A stretch of DNA of 64,000 nt from contig CAVXXK010000003.1 of NCBI GenBank assembly GCA_963765675.1, positions 288,001 to 352,000 on the forward strand, given 5' to 3'. This stretch comes from an uncultured delta proteobacterium (lineage in GTDB: Bacteria; Desulfobacterota; Binatia; Binatales; Binataceae). The translations under genes were made by a program, and so were the position numbers. This document shows positions 20,394 to 30,460 of the stretch, in pieces. The notes under the pieces were generated by a model that saw nothing but the letters and a program-made list of their open reading frames with translations, was not told where the DNA came from and ran no database searches. The first letter of the stretch is position 1; every line of letters begins with the position of its first letter.

Positions 20394-20792
20394 CTAACGC
20401 TTAGAGTACTGAGGACGCTTGCGCGCTTTGTGATGCCCGTACTTCTTGCGCTCGACCTCACGCGGGTCGCGCGTCAGCATCCCAGCCTTGCGCAGCGCGG
20501 GCCGGAGCGTCTCGGAGGATTTCACCAGAGCGCGCGAGATGCCGTGGCGGACCGCGTCGGCCTGAGCCGAGATCCCACCGCCCTCGACGCTGACAATAAC
20601 GTCGAACTGGCCCTTGGTCTCGGTCAACTCGAACGGCTCGATAATCCGCATCCGCGAAGTGTCGCGAGGGAAATAGTCGTCGAGCGTGCGATCATTGATC
20701 GTGAAGTTTCCTGAACCGGCAAGCATCCGCACTCGCGCGATCGCGGTTTTGCGCCGCCCGGTCGTCCAAATGATATTTTTCTTTTCTGGCAT
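20394..20792 (-). CDS. rpsI: 30S ribosomal protein S9
   Basis: [33 protein letters not shown]...QYSKR. Confidence 0.98.
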   Translation of the reverse strand: MPEKKNIIWTTGRRKTAIARVRMLAGSGNFTINDRTLDDYFPRDTSRMRIIEPFELTETKGQFDVIVSVEGGGISAQADAVRHGISRALVKSSETLRPALRKAGMLTRDPREVERKKYGHHKARKRPQYSKR

Positions 20793-20812
20793 GTGACGAT
20801 GCGCGCCTCGCT

Positions 20813-21259
20813 TCAGACGGTGACGGTCTCGGGCTTCTGCGCGGCATGCGGATGCTCCGCGCCGCTATAGACCTTAAGCTTGGTGAAGAGCCGGCGCCCG
20901 AGCCGGTTCTTCGGCAGCATCCCGCGCACGGCGCCTTCGATCAGTCGCTCGGGCCGGGTCTCGCGGACCTTGGCGGGAGTGGTCGAACGGATTCCGCCGG
21001 GCCATCCCGTGTGCCGATAGAAAACCTTGTCGGTCTCCTTCGACCCGGTGAGCTTCACCTTCGCCGCGTTGATCACCACCACGAAATCCCCCGCGTCTTC
21101 GTTGGGCGTGAAGTCGGGGCGATGCTTCCCGCGCAGGAGGCTCGCGGCGCGCGTCGCGACTCGTCCCAGCACGCGGTCGGACGCGTCGATGATTAGCCAG
21201 CGGCGATCCCGCAGCGCATTTTCGCGCGACACGCTCTTGGTCTGTTCGGTCAGTTTCAA
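20813..21259 (-). CDS. rplM: 50S ribosomal protein L13
   Basis: [40 protein letters not shown]; TTG start at 21259. Confidence 0.97.
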   Translation of the reverse strand: MKLTEQTKSVSRENALRDRRWLIIDASDRVLGRVATRAASLLRGKHRPDFTPNEDAGDFVVVINAAKVKLTGSKETDKVFYRHTGWPGGIRSTTPAKVRETRPERLIEGAVRGMLPKNRLGRRLFTKLKVYSGAEHPHAAQKPETVTV

Positions 21260-21314
21260 ATTCTTCCACCCGCATCGTTCGCGCGCTTGCGGCGTGCGGA
21301 CATGCAATAAAATT

Positions 21315-21392
21315 TGGCGGGGCCGATGGGATTTGAACCCACGACTTCCGACGTGACAGGCCGGCGTTCTAACCGGGCTGAACTACGACCCC
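21315..21392 (-). tRNA. tRNA-Asp (GTC)
   Basis: Cloverleaf: acceptor GGGGTCG/CGGCCCC, anticodon loop CTGTCAC, T-loop TTCAAAT, discriminator G, encoded CCA. Confidence 0.97.
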
Positions 21393-21582
21393 GCCTGAAC
21401 CATCCTTTGTTACATTTTCCACGCCGCGGAGCAACTTGCGAGAGCGATCGAGACGGGTGAGATTGCGAGGTTTCTGGTCCCGCATCCTGGCGGTGTGCTG
21501 TTGGTCTGCCTTGGGTGTTGACGTTGCTCTGAAGGGCGCAGGCAAGACGCCGGAAGACCTGACGCGATACTGGCGTTTGCGC

Positions 21583-21639
21583 ACAACCGCCGATCTTCTC
21601 CGCAATCCAGACGCGGCGGAAGATCGGCGTTGTTTTTTT
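21583..21639 (+). terminator. Intrinsic terminator-like hairpin upstream of the RND operon
   Basis: CGCCGATCTTC...GAAGATCGGCG stem followed by TTGTTTTTTT. Confidence 0.6.
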
Positions 21640-21819
21640 GTCGGGTTCAGCACCGGAATATGGCGCGCGGGAATTATGGAACTCGCGGTCCCCAAATCCT
21701 TACTTGCCTGCGCCGTGACCCTAACTTATCCTTTACCGAAGTCGACCCGAGTTTCGGCAGTTTCTCTAAACTCATGAGCCCGCCCGTATTAGCTGGGCTC
21801 TGCATGTCGCCTGTCGCCT

Positions 21820-24800
21820 ATGTGGATTGTCCGTCTTGCCCTGCGCCGTCCGCTCTCGGTTGCGGTGATGGCGCTGCTGATGCTGGTGCTCGGAACGCTG
21901 TCGTTCGAGCTGATGAACGTTGACATCTTTCCCGCGATCAATCTTCCGGTCGTGTTGGTGGTCTGGAACTACCCGGGGCTGTCGGCCTTCGATGTCGAGC
22001 GGCGGATGGTGTTTATCAGCGAGCGCGCGTACTCGACCACCGTCAACGGCATCGAGCATATCGAGTCGGAATCGATCAACGGGCTCGGAATTCTAAAGGT
22101 TTACTTCCAGCCGGGCACTGACCTCGGCGCCGCCATTTCGCAGATCAATGCGGTTTCGGAAACGATCCTTTCGATTCTGCCGCGCGGCGTCCAGCCGCCG
22201 CAAATTATTTCTTACAACGCGACCAACGTTCCCGTCGCGCAGTTGAACATCTATAGCGATACGCTTTCGACCAGCAAGCTGTTCGACTACGGACTCAACT
22301 TCATCCGTATCCAGCTCTTTACGATTCCCGGATTCTCCTCGCCGGCGCCGCTGGGCGGCGTGCAACGATCGGTCATGGTCAATATCGATCCGACTTCGCT
22401 CTACGCCAACGGGATGTCCGCGTACGACCTCGGGAACGCGCTGGCCTCGACCAACGTCGTGATTCCGTCGGGCGCCGAGAAGATCGGCAACTATCAGTAC
22501 AACGTCGATCTCAACATGAGCGTGCCGACGGTAAAGGACTTCGACCGGCTACCGCTGAAATACGTTAACGGCTCCCCGGTCTTTCTCGGTGACGTCGCGC
22601 CCGTGACTGATACGCATCAGCCGCAAACCAACGTGGTGCGCGTCGACGGCCAGCAGGCGACCTACCTGATGGTGATCAAGCACGCCGACGCGTCGACGCT
22701 AACGGTGGTTGACGCGGTCAAGGCCAAGATCCCGCTCATCCGGGCCACCGCGCCCAAGGGACTGAAAGTCTCGCTGACTTTCGATCAATCGCAGTTCGTG
22801 CGCGCCGCGTTGTGGGATGTCGTGCAGGAGGCCGTTATCGCCGCCGCGCTGGTCGCGCTGATGGTGCTGCTGTTCCTCGGTTCGCCGCGCAGCATGCTGA
22901 TCGTCATCACGTCGATACCGCTGTCGATTCTTACTTCGATCATCGCGCTCAACCTCTGCGGCCAGACGATCAACACGATGACGCTCGGCGGAATCGCGCT
23001 CGCAGTCGGGATGCTGGTCGACGACGCCACCGTCGAGATCGAGAACATCCATCGCAACCACGCGCTCGACAAACCGCTGCTGGTCGCGATTCTGGACGGC
23101 GCATCGCAGATCGCGACGCCGACCTTCGTCGGCACGCTCTCGATCTGCATCGTGTTCTTCCCGGTCGTGCTGCTGACGGGGGTCGCGAAATTCCTGTTCA
23201 CTCCGCTCGCGCTGGCGGTGGTGTTCGCGATGCTCACGTCCTACCTGCTGTCGCGGACGCTGGTGCCCTCGATGGCGCGGTATCTGCTCCCGGACAAGAA
23301 CGAGGAACATCTCGGACACAGCCGCGCGGCGAACTTCGTGCGCGCATTCGATCGTGGTTTCGAGCGCATCAAGGCGCGCTACCGGATATGGCTCGCCACC
23401 TTCATCGGACGGCGCGGCCTGGCGCTGACCTGTGTCGCGATCCTGATCCTGCTTTCGCTCGGACTCCTGCCGATCGTCGGCGAGGATTTTTTCCCGACCG
23501 TCGACGCCGGCATGATGCGGCTGCATCTGCGCGCCCCGACCGGCACTCGCGTCGAACACACCGAATACCTGGTCGATCAGATCGACCGCAGCATCCGCAC
23601 CATCATTCCGGCGGACGAGCTCGAAAGCATCAGCGACAATATCGGCCTGCCGATTTCATACGACCTCGCTTTCTATCAAACCGACAGCATCGGCCCGATG
23701 GACGCCGACGTGCTGATTCAGCTCAAGCCCAAGCATCAACCGACCGCGATGTACGAGCAGCGGATTCGCGATGCGCTGGCGGCGAAGTATCCGCAGGTGA
23801 CCGCCTATTTCCAGGCCGCCGATATCGTCAGCCAGGTGCTGACCTTCGGCCTGCCCGCCGCGATCGACGCGCAGGTCAACGGCAACAACCTCCAGACCGA
23901 TTACGACATCGCGCTCAAGCTTGAAAACCGGATGGCGCGGATTCCCGGCGTGGTCGATATGCGCATCGCCGAGCCGCTTGATTATCCGAGCCTGCAGGTC
24001 AAAGTCGACCGCACCAAGGCGCTGCAGTTCGGGATCACGCAGCAGCAGGTCACTTCGAGCGTGCTCTCGATGCTCTCGGGCGCGCAGCTCTTGCAGCCGA
24101 ACTTCTGGCTCGATCCGGTAACCGGAGTTAACTACAACGTCATCTCGCAGGCGCAGGAGCATCTGTTCGATTCGGTCGCCGCGCTGCAGAATATCCCGCT
24201 GAGCTCGCCCGGCACTTCGACCAGCAGCGCGGCCGCCGCCGCGATGCCGCTCGTTGACGGCGCCACGACCGCGCAGCCGCAGTTGCTCGGCAACCTCGCC
24301 ACCATCGGCCACACCTGGGATCCCGCCGTGGTCGCGCACTACACGGTGCAGCGCGTGGTGGACGTCGATTGCAACGTTTCGGGCCGCGACCTCGGCGCGG
24401 TGACCAAGGCGGTGCAAAAACAAATCGCACAATTGGGCAAGCTGCCCGCAGGCACCCAGGTCGTGATCCGCGGCCAGAGCCAGGCGATGAGCTCGTCGTT
24501 CGTCACGCTCGGCGAAGGCCTGATTCTCGCGATTATCCTCGTGTACCTGCTGATGGTCGCGAATTTCCAGTCGTGGCTCGAACCGTTCATCATTATGATG
24601 GCGGTGCCCGGCGCGCTCGCGGGCGTGCTCTGGATACTGGTGCTGACGGGCACCACGATCAACGTCGAATCGATGATGGGAGCGATCATGGCGGTCGGCG
24701 TCGGCGTCGCCAACGGCAACCTGCTCATCACCTTCGCCAACGAGCTGCGCGAGGACGGCTACGGTCCGGTCGCCGCGGCGATCGAGGCCGGGCGCATCCG

Positions 24801-25044
24801 CTTTCGCCCGATCATCATGACCGCACTCGCGATGATCCTGGGGATGCTGCCGATGGCGCTGAGCCTCGGCTCGGGCTCAGAGCAGAACGCACCCTTGGGA
24901 CGCGCCGTGATCGGCGGCCTTTTTGTAGCGACTCTATCAACCTTGTTCGTGGTGCCGGCGGTCTATTCGATATTCAGCCGCAACATGATCGGCAAACATC
25001 AGCGCGACGCGGAGATCGAGGAACTCACGCTGCCCGGCGCGTGA
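21820..25044 (+). CDS. RND efflux permease (AcrB/AcrD/AcrF family)
   Basis: 1074 aa; SIPLS, GMLVDDATVEIENI and RFRPIIMTALAMILGMLPMAL motifs. Confidence 0.95.
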   Translation: MWIVRLALRRPLSVAVMALLMLVLGTLSFELMNVDIFPAINLPVVLVVWNYPGLSAFDVERRMVFISERAYSTTVNGIEHIESESINGLGILKVYFQPGTDLGAAISQINAVSETILSILPRGVQPPQIISYNATNVPVAQLNIYSDTLSTSKLFDYGLNFIRIQLFTIPGFSSPAPLGGVQRSVMVNIDPTSLYANGMSAYDLGNALASTNVVIPSGAEKIGNYQYNVDLNMSVPTVKDFDRLPLKYVNGSPVFLGDVAPVTDTHQPQTNVVRVDGQQATYLMVIKHADASTLTVVDAVKAKIPLIRATAPKGLKVSLTFDQSQFVRAALWDVVQEAVIAAALVALMVLLFLGSPRSMLIVITSIPLSILTSIIALNLCGQTINTMTLGGIALAVGMLVDDATVEIENIHRNHALDKPLLVAILDGASQIATPTFVGTLSICIVFFPVVLLTGVAKFLFTPLALAVVFAMLTSYLLSRTLVPSMARYLLPDKNEEHLGHSRAANFVRAFDRGFERIKARYRIWLATFIGRRGLALTCVAILILLSLGLLPIVGEDFFPTVDAGMMRLHLRAPTGTRVEHTEYLVDQIDRSIRTIIPADELESISDNIGLPISYDLAFYQTDSIGPMDADVLIQLKPKHQPTAMYEQRIRDALAAKYPQVTAYFQAADIVSQVLTFGLPAAIDAQVNGNNLQTDYDIALKLENRMARIPGVVDMRIAEPLDYPSLQVKVDRTKALQFGITQQQVTSSVLSMLSGAQLLQPNFWLDPVTGVNYNVISQAQEHLFDSVAALQNIPLSSPGTSTSSAAAAAMPLVDGATTAQPQLLGNLATIGHTWDPAVVAHYTVQRVVDVDCNVSGRDLGAVTKAVQKQIAQLGKLPAGTQVVIRGQSQAMSSSFVTLGEGLILAIILVYLLMVANFQSWLEPFIIMMAVPGALAGVLWILVLTGTTINVESMMGAIMAVGVGVANGNLLITFANELREDGYGPVAAAIEAGRIRFRPIIMTALAMILGMLPMALSLGSGSEQNAPLGRAVIGGLFVATLSTLFVVPAVYSIFSRNMIGKHQRDAEIEELTLPGA

Positions 25045-25057
25045 GCGATGGCATCAG

Positions 25058-26203
25058 ATGGAAGACGACCCCAGGCAATACACCGCCAAAGCCTCCGGCA
25101 AATTCTTTGTCGTGGGATGGATCGGCGCGATCGCGATCGTGGTGATCGCGACGGCCGGGCTCGTGCTCGCGCGCGAATTGTGGATCGGCCGCCAGACCAA
25201 CGAGCTCGCGCAGCAGGCCGCAATCGGACCGCACGTGCTGGTCGCGAAAGTCGGGCGGATGCCTGCCACCCGCGAGGTCAAACTGCCGGCGACGACGCGC
25301 GGCTTCGACGAAACTGAAATCTACGCCAAGGTCCCCGGCTACATAAAATCGCTCCGGGTCGATAAGGGCGATCGCATCCACGCCGGCGAGCTGATCGCGA
25401 CCATCGAATCGCCGGAAACCGATCAGCAGGTCCGCAACGCCGAGGCCGCCTACCGAATCGCCAAACTCACCGATGATCGCAACCAGGTTCTCGTCCGCGA
25501 GGCTGTGATCTCGCAGGAGATGGCCGACCAATCGCGCGCCACGATGCTGCAGGCGAAGGCGACTCTCGCGCAGTCGATCGCGCTGCAAGGCTACGAACAC
25601 GTGACCGCGCCGTTTGACGGAATCGTGACCGAGCGCGACGTCGATCCCGGCCATCTGATTCCCGAAGCGACCAGCTCGACCAGCCTCGCCGACGCGATCG
25701 TGCATGTCGCGCGGATGAAACCGCTGCGCGTCTACACTTACGTTCCGCAGAACGTCGCGCTGTTCATCCGCAACGGCGACAGCGCCTCTGTCACGGTCAA
25801 CGAATATCCGCAGCGAAAGTTCACCGGCACTATCACGCGCCATCCCGAGGCGCTCTCGGCGGATTCGCGCACGATGCTGGTGGAAGTCGATCTGCCGAAC
25901 ACGGACGAGGCGCTGTATCCAGGGATGTACGGCAGCGCGGAATTCGTCGTATCGATTCCGGCGGGAGCGCCGCTGGTCCCCGACGAAGCGCTGGTGTTCC
26001 GCAACGGCAAGGTGTTCGTTCCCGTCGTGAAAAACAACCTGCTCCATCTGACCCAAGTGACGCTCGGCTACGACAACGGAATCGCGGTCGAGGTCGCCAA
26101 CGGCATCGATCCCGACGCGATGGTGGCGCTGAACGTCGGCCAATCGGCGCGCGAAGGCGAGCGCGTCCAACCCGTCGAGCAACAGCAAACCGCCTCTCAG
26201 TAA
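25058..26203 (+). CDS. RND efflux periplasmic adaptor (membrane fusion protein)
   Basis: N-terminal TM; IYAKVPGYI...VDKGD, APFDGIVT and LYPGMY motifs. Confidence 0.93.
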   Translation: MEDDPRQYTAKASGKFFVVGWIGAIAIVVIATAGLVLARELWIGRQTNELAQQAAIGPHVLVAKVGRMPATREVKLPATTRGFDETEIYAKVPGYIKSLRVDKGDRIHAGELIATIESPETDQQVRNAEAAYRIAKLTDDRNQVLVREAVISQEMADQSRATMLQAKATLAQSIALQGYEHVTAPFDGIVTERDVDPGHLIPEATSSTSLADAIVHVARMKPLRVYTYVPQNVALFIRNGDSASVTVNEYPQRKFTGTITRHPEALSADSRTMLVEVDLPNTDEALYPGMYGSAEFVVSIPAGAPLVPDEALVFRNGKVFVPVVKNNLLHLTQVTLGYDNGIAVEVANGIDPDAMVALNVGQSAREGERVQPVEQQQTASQ

Positions 26204-26261
26204 AGTCTAGTGAAATTTGACCTTATGACGGCCTCCAAGGACACTCCGAAAAAGCCGTTCG

Positions 26262-26516
26262 TCAGCCAACGAAGCGATCATATTGGGCATGATCGCCTAT
26301 CCAGAACCACAAGATTCCGCCTTCGACATCAACGCCAAGTGTGCGATGGTGAAGGCCGACGCGGCACGACCAAAATCGGCCCACGCGCTTTAACTGCAAA
26401 GAGGGGTGACGAGGATCATATTTGAGAAGGCGGTACTTCTCGTCCGCCAAGCGTCGGACTGCCGGCCGCAGGCTCCGGTAACAGGCCCAAAAGTTCGGAG
26501 CGGCGAAGTGCCTCAA
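26262..26516 (-). CDS. RelE/ParE-superfamily toxin
   Basis: Basic 84-aa protein with PRHPSLQLKRV, WSCRVG and WFWIGDHAQYD; TTG start overlaps the upstream stop (TTGA). Confidence 0.82.
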   Translation of the reverse strand: MRHFAAPNFWACYRSLRPAVRRLADEKYRLLKYDPRHPSLQLKRVGRFWSCRVGLHHRTLGVDVEGGILWFWIGDHAQYDRFVG

Positions 26517-26713
26517 AACTCGGTGGATTTTCCCGCCGCATGGCCGCGAAGGGCTTCGTCGGCCAGCGCGTCGAGCCTTCCCGCCTTTACGTCTCGCTCG
26601 ATCTGACGATCCCACTGGGTTGCATCGAACTCAGCGAACCACCGCCGAAACTCTGAGAGTTCCTCAGCCGAGAGACCGGAGATTTTCTTCTCGAGCGCTT
26701 CGACTTTACTCAT
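26513..26713 (-). CDS. Putative antitoxin
   Basis: 66-aa protein (WDRQIERDVKAGRLD) translationally coupled upstream of the toxin. Confidence 0.8.
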   Translation of the reverse strand: MSKVEALEKKISGLSAEELSEFRRWFAEFDATQWDRQIERDVKAGRLDALADEALRGHAAGKSTEF

Positions 26714-26854
26714 ACCAGAAACGATACCACCTCTTTCTTTCGCGGGCTAACTCCTCCTGTGGGCAGCGGCCAACGCATCGCGCTGCACCGCGTGGCTTCA
26801 GATCGCGAGTGCGACGCTTCTCTTACTGCGCGGCCTTGCATGTGCGCGCAGCCT

Positions 26855-27736
26855 TCATGCGCGGCCGAACGGTTTGCTGCGGCCGGGCGCGATCGGCTCG
26901 CCGCTGTCGCGCTCTTTCACGGCCTGCTTGAAGCCCGCCTCCTCGGAGCGCTGCTTGAACCATACACCTTCGGGACTGTGGCGCGTGATTCCGTCGAAGA
27001 TCGTCGCGAACATCTGCGTGTTCGCGAGTCCCATGTTCTCGAACGCCTGATTGATCATCAACTTCTGCATCATCAGTTGATTGCGCGGGATTCCCGCCAT
27101 CCGGTTTGCGAGTTCATCGACGCGCTGATCCAGTTGCGCCCGCGGAACCGATTCCAGACACAGGCCCAGCTTCGCGGCCTCGGGACCGAAAATCAGATCG
27201 CCGGTCAGAAGCATCCGCTTGGCTTTCTCCGCGCCGAGGCGGTAGAGCCACATCGCAGTGGTCGGGCATCCCCAAACTCGCGCAGGCGGATATCCGATCC
27301 GTGCCTCGTCGGCCATCACGACGATATCGCAGCACAGCGCGATATCGCTGCCGCCCGCGACGGCAGGGCCGTTGATTTTCGCGATTGTCGGCTTGTACGA
27401 GCGCCACAGGCTCATGAAGTCTTGCGTGTTCTGGTACATACCGTAGAAATCCGCCATCGGATCCCACGGCTGCGCCGCTTCGCCCGAACCGAGTTGCGAT
27501 CCGGCCTGAACGCCTGGGCGCTCGGCGTAGTCAACGAGATCGTAGCCAGCGCAAAAACCGGCGCCCGCGCCGGTGACGACGATCACGTGCACGTCGTTGT
27601 CGGCGTTGGCGTGGCGCACCGCGTCGGCGATCTCGCGCGGCATCGCGCCGTCGATCGCGTTCATCCGATGAGGCCGATTAAGCGTAATCGTTGCGATGCG
27701 ACCGTCGGCGCGATACAGAATCGATTTATAATCCAC
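26855..27736 (-). CDS. Enoyl-CoA hydratase/crotonase family protein
   Basis: LNRPHRMNAI, FCAGYDL and AVAGGSDIALCCD; GTG start after GGAGG. Confidence 0.92.
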   Translation of the reverse strand: MDYKSILYRADGRIATITLNRPHRMNAIDGAMPREIADAVRHANADNDVHVIVVTGAGAGFCAGYDLVDYAERPGVQAGSQLGSGEAAQPWDPMADFYGMYQNTQDFMSLWRSYKPTIAKINGPAVAGGSDIALCCDIVVMADEARIGYPPARVWGCPTTAMWLYRLGAEKAKRMLLTGDLIFGPEAAKLGLCLESVPRAQLDQRVDELANRMAGIPRNQLMMQKLMINQAFENMGLANTQMFATIFDGITRHSPEGVWFKQRSEEAGFKQAVKERDSGEPIAPGRSKPFGRA

Positions 27737-27923
27737 GCTGGTTCCTCCCGCGGACCGATCAGCGCAGATCATAGATAACGGCGCCGCCGCTATTCAACGC
27801 GGGAGATGAGAGGCGGAGTCCCGCGCCGGCACGCAATTGATGCCGGCGCGCGTTCGAACCGCTCATATCGGAACCGGAGTTGGAGCTTCCACTCGAGGCG
27901 GTAATTTCGTCTTATCGAGGCGT

Positions 27924-28325
27924 TCAGTTTGGCGGGGCGAGTGGAATCATCACGGCGATCTTCCATCCCTTGTCCGTCCGAATCACGATATAGCTGACCC
28001 GCGCTCGCCGCAGGACGGATTCATCGCCGCGATAGCGCGTCACCTCGGCGAGAATCATCGCCTGATCGTCACCGAGCGGCGAGACCTTCAGAAGATCAAC
28101 CGCCGAACGCGCCCATCCACGCGACTTCAGATCGATAAACGCCTGCGCACCGTATTGCTGAAGCTCCGGCTCGGTCGCATACGTGGTGATCTTCGCGCCG
28201 TGGATAAAAGAATAGCCCGGCGCGAAGGAGTCCGCATAGCTGTCGATATCCTCACGATTGAAGGCGTCGATATACGCGCGATAGAACGCTTTGACCTCGC
28301 CGATAATTTCATCTGCGGTTGGCAC
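27924..28325 (-). CDS. NTF2/SnoaL-like (DUF4440-type) protein
   Basis: YIDAFNRED N-terminal helix and C-terminal GWKI strand. Confidence 0.75.
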   Translation of the reverse strand: MPTADEIIGEVKAFYRAYIDAFNREDIDSYADSFAPGYSFIHGAKITTYATEPELQQYGAQAFIDLKSRGWARSAVDLLKVSPLGDDQAMILAEVTRYRGDESVLRRARVSYIVIRTDKGWKIAVMIPLAPPN

Positions 28326-28334
28326 GGTGATGCG

Positions 28335-29426
28335 TCAGGCCTTGAATCCGAGTGGCGCGAGAATTCGCGCTGCCGCGGCAGCCAGCGCCGGCGAGCCTCG
28401 GCCCATCACCGCGAAGCGCGGGTCGGTGGTTTGTCCCCGGACATAGCGGACGTAAATCTGCTCGCCGACGGTCGCACTCTTCCAATGCGCCCACGCCCAA
28501 TAAAATGGAAGATCGCTTAAGTCGCGACCGGTCCTCCGCGCGTAGCGATTTGCCAGTTCCTCGCGCCCCAGGAATCCGCGCTTCAATGTGTGCGGCTCAA
28601 TCTCCGCGATCGCGAGTAGCTCGGCGTCCGAGCGCTCGCGCCAGTAGCCGAGTGCGATTCCGAGATCGATCATCGGATCACCCAGCGTCGACATCTCCCA
28701 ATCGAAAACCGCAACGACGTTGCCCGGCGCATGCGCGTCGAGCATCAGGTTGTGCAGATAGAAATCATTGTGCAGCAGCGTCGGCGGCTGCGCGCGCGGC
28801 ATGTGATCGAGGAACCATGCGCCGAGCCTCTCCATCAGCGGCACTTCTCGGGTCTTCGCCGCTTCCCACCGCTTCATCCATCCGACGATCTGGCGTTTCA
28901 GAAATCCTTCGGGCCTGCCCAAGTCCTGAAGTCCAATCGCCGCATAGTCGACGCCATGCAGATCGGCCAATGTGTCGATAAAGCCCTCGGAGATTTTGCG
29001 GAATGTCTCGGGGTCGTCGCCAAGCTCGGCAGGAACCGGCTGCCGATTCTTGAACACGATTCCGCGCCTGCGCTCCATCACGAAAAACGGCGCGCCGATA
29101 ATCGATGCGTCGTCGCAGAACAGCCATGCGCGCGGCGCCGGCGCGAACGCCTGCCACAGCCGCGATAGCACGCGAAACTCGCGCGCCATGTCGTGTCCGC
29201 CGACCGGCAGCGGACCGAATGGAGGACGCCGCACGACCCACTGATGCTCGCCGAATTCGAGCAGGTAGGTCAGATTCGACGAGCCGCCGCGAAACTGCAT
29301 CACTCGCATCGGAGCGTCCGCGCCCGGAATTCGTCCGCGCAGGTACGCGGCAAGAGCATCCCAATCGAGTTGCTCCTCGTCGCGAACCGCACCGTATTCG
29401 GCCGTCAGATCGGTCTGCTCCGCCAT
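28335..29426 (-). CDS. Phosphotransferase (APH/ACAD10-11 N-terminal-like) family protein
   Basis: GGSSNLTY, RRPP, HDMAREF, HNDFYLHN and DWEMSTLGDP motifs. Confidence 0.92.
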   Translation of the reverse strand: MAEQTDLTAEYGAVRDEEQLDWDALAAYLRGRIPGADAPMRVMQFRGGSSNLTYLLEFGEHQWVVRRPPFGPLPVGGHDMAREFRVLSRLWQAFAPAPRAWLFCDDASIIGAPFFVMERRRGIVFKNRQPVPAELGDDPETFRKISEGFIDTLADLHGVDYAAIGLQDLGRPEGFLKRQIVGWMKRWEAAKTREVPLMERLGAWFLDHMPRAQPPTLLHNDFYLHNLMLDAHAPGNVVAVFDWEMSTLGDPMIDLGIALGYWRERSDAELLAIAEIEPHTLKRGFLGREELANRYARRTGRDLSDLPFYWAWAHWKSATVGEQIYVRYVRGQTTDPRFAVMGRGSPALAAAAARILAPLGFKA

Positions 29427-29492
29427 CGTGGCCCCAGTATGAATCGCCGCGCGTACGATTTTCCAGTGGCGTCTTTGAGGAGAGCAGAGCAG

Positions 29493-29657
29493 CACCCTCA
29501 CCCGCGCGTCACGATGCTTGCGAAAAAACCGCAAGCATCGCGCCGCGCCGCCCTCTCCCGGAGGGAGAGGGTATTTCAGATCGCGACGCGGGACGTATCG
29601 CGCGTGATAATTCCCTCCCCCTCCGGGAGAGGGTGCCGCGGAGCGGCGGGTGAGGTG
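29493..29657. repeat. Inverted pair of REP-like elements (CCTCACCC...CCCTCTCCC..GAGGG type)
   Basis: Copy 1 about 29493-29572, inverted copy 2 about 29611-29657; a related copy at about 55422-55469. Confidence 0.75.
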
Positions 29658-29740
29658 CTGCTCCGCGACTTTCGCTCTGGTAGTTGTGCAAAGCTCTCCC
29701 ACCGACGGGAACGGGCATTTCAGAGGTGCGTCGCCAAACG

Positions 29741-30456
29741 TCAGAATTTTTCTTTGAACGGGCGAACCTCGAGCTCTGTCGTCCACGCGCTTGGATGCTG
29801 ATGCGCCAGATGCCAGTAGGTCTCGGCGATCGCGGCGGGATCGAGCATGTCTTCGGGCTTGAAATTTGGAATCGTGCGGCCGGGAATGTCAATGACGCCG
29901 TCGACGTTGATCCACGCGACGTGAATTCCCTTGGGACCGAGATCGCGCGCCATCGATTGCGCAAGCCCGCGCATGGCAAATTTCGCCGGCCCGAAGGCCG
30001 CGGACTTTGCGCCTGCCTTCACGCCTGCGGTCGCTCCCGTGAACAGAATCACACCGCGGCCGCGCGCAAGCATCGCGGGCACAACCTCGCGCGAGGCGAG
30101 AAACGCGCCGTATGCGTTGACCCGCCAGGTCGTTTCATAATCCTCGGGCGAGACTTCGAGCACATTGCCCAATTTCCCCGATCCCGCGTTGTACAGCAGC
30201 ACGTCGGGATCGCCGAGCTGTTCGCGAATCAGCTTGAATGCGGCCTCGACCTGCGCACGATCGCCGATATCGGCGGGCAGCCTCGAGAATGGTCGCGCCC
30301 CGGCGCGCCAATCTCTGCTTTCAGCCTGCGCAGATAATCCGCACGGCGCGCGTTGATCGCGACCGCGTAGCCTTGCGCGAAGCGGCGCGCCAGCGCGGCG
30401 CCGAGACCGGGGCCGACGCCGGTGACGACCGCGACCGAACGATTATTCGCCTCCAT
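29741..30456 (-). pseudogene. SDR family oxidoreductase, frameshifted near 30280-30305 (pseudogene or sequencing indel)
   Basis: N-terminus TGVGPGLG in one frame; LPADIGD...LLYNAG...FGPAKFA in another. Confidence 0.75.
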
Positions 30457-30460
30457 GCTC

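Noticed and set aside
21315-26713. Genomic island integrated at tRNA-Asp
   Set aside because: The tRNA 3' end runs into rplM; no integrase or duplicated tRNA 3' end was seen
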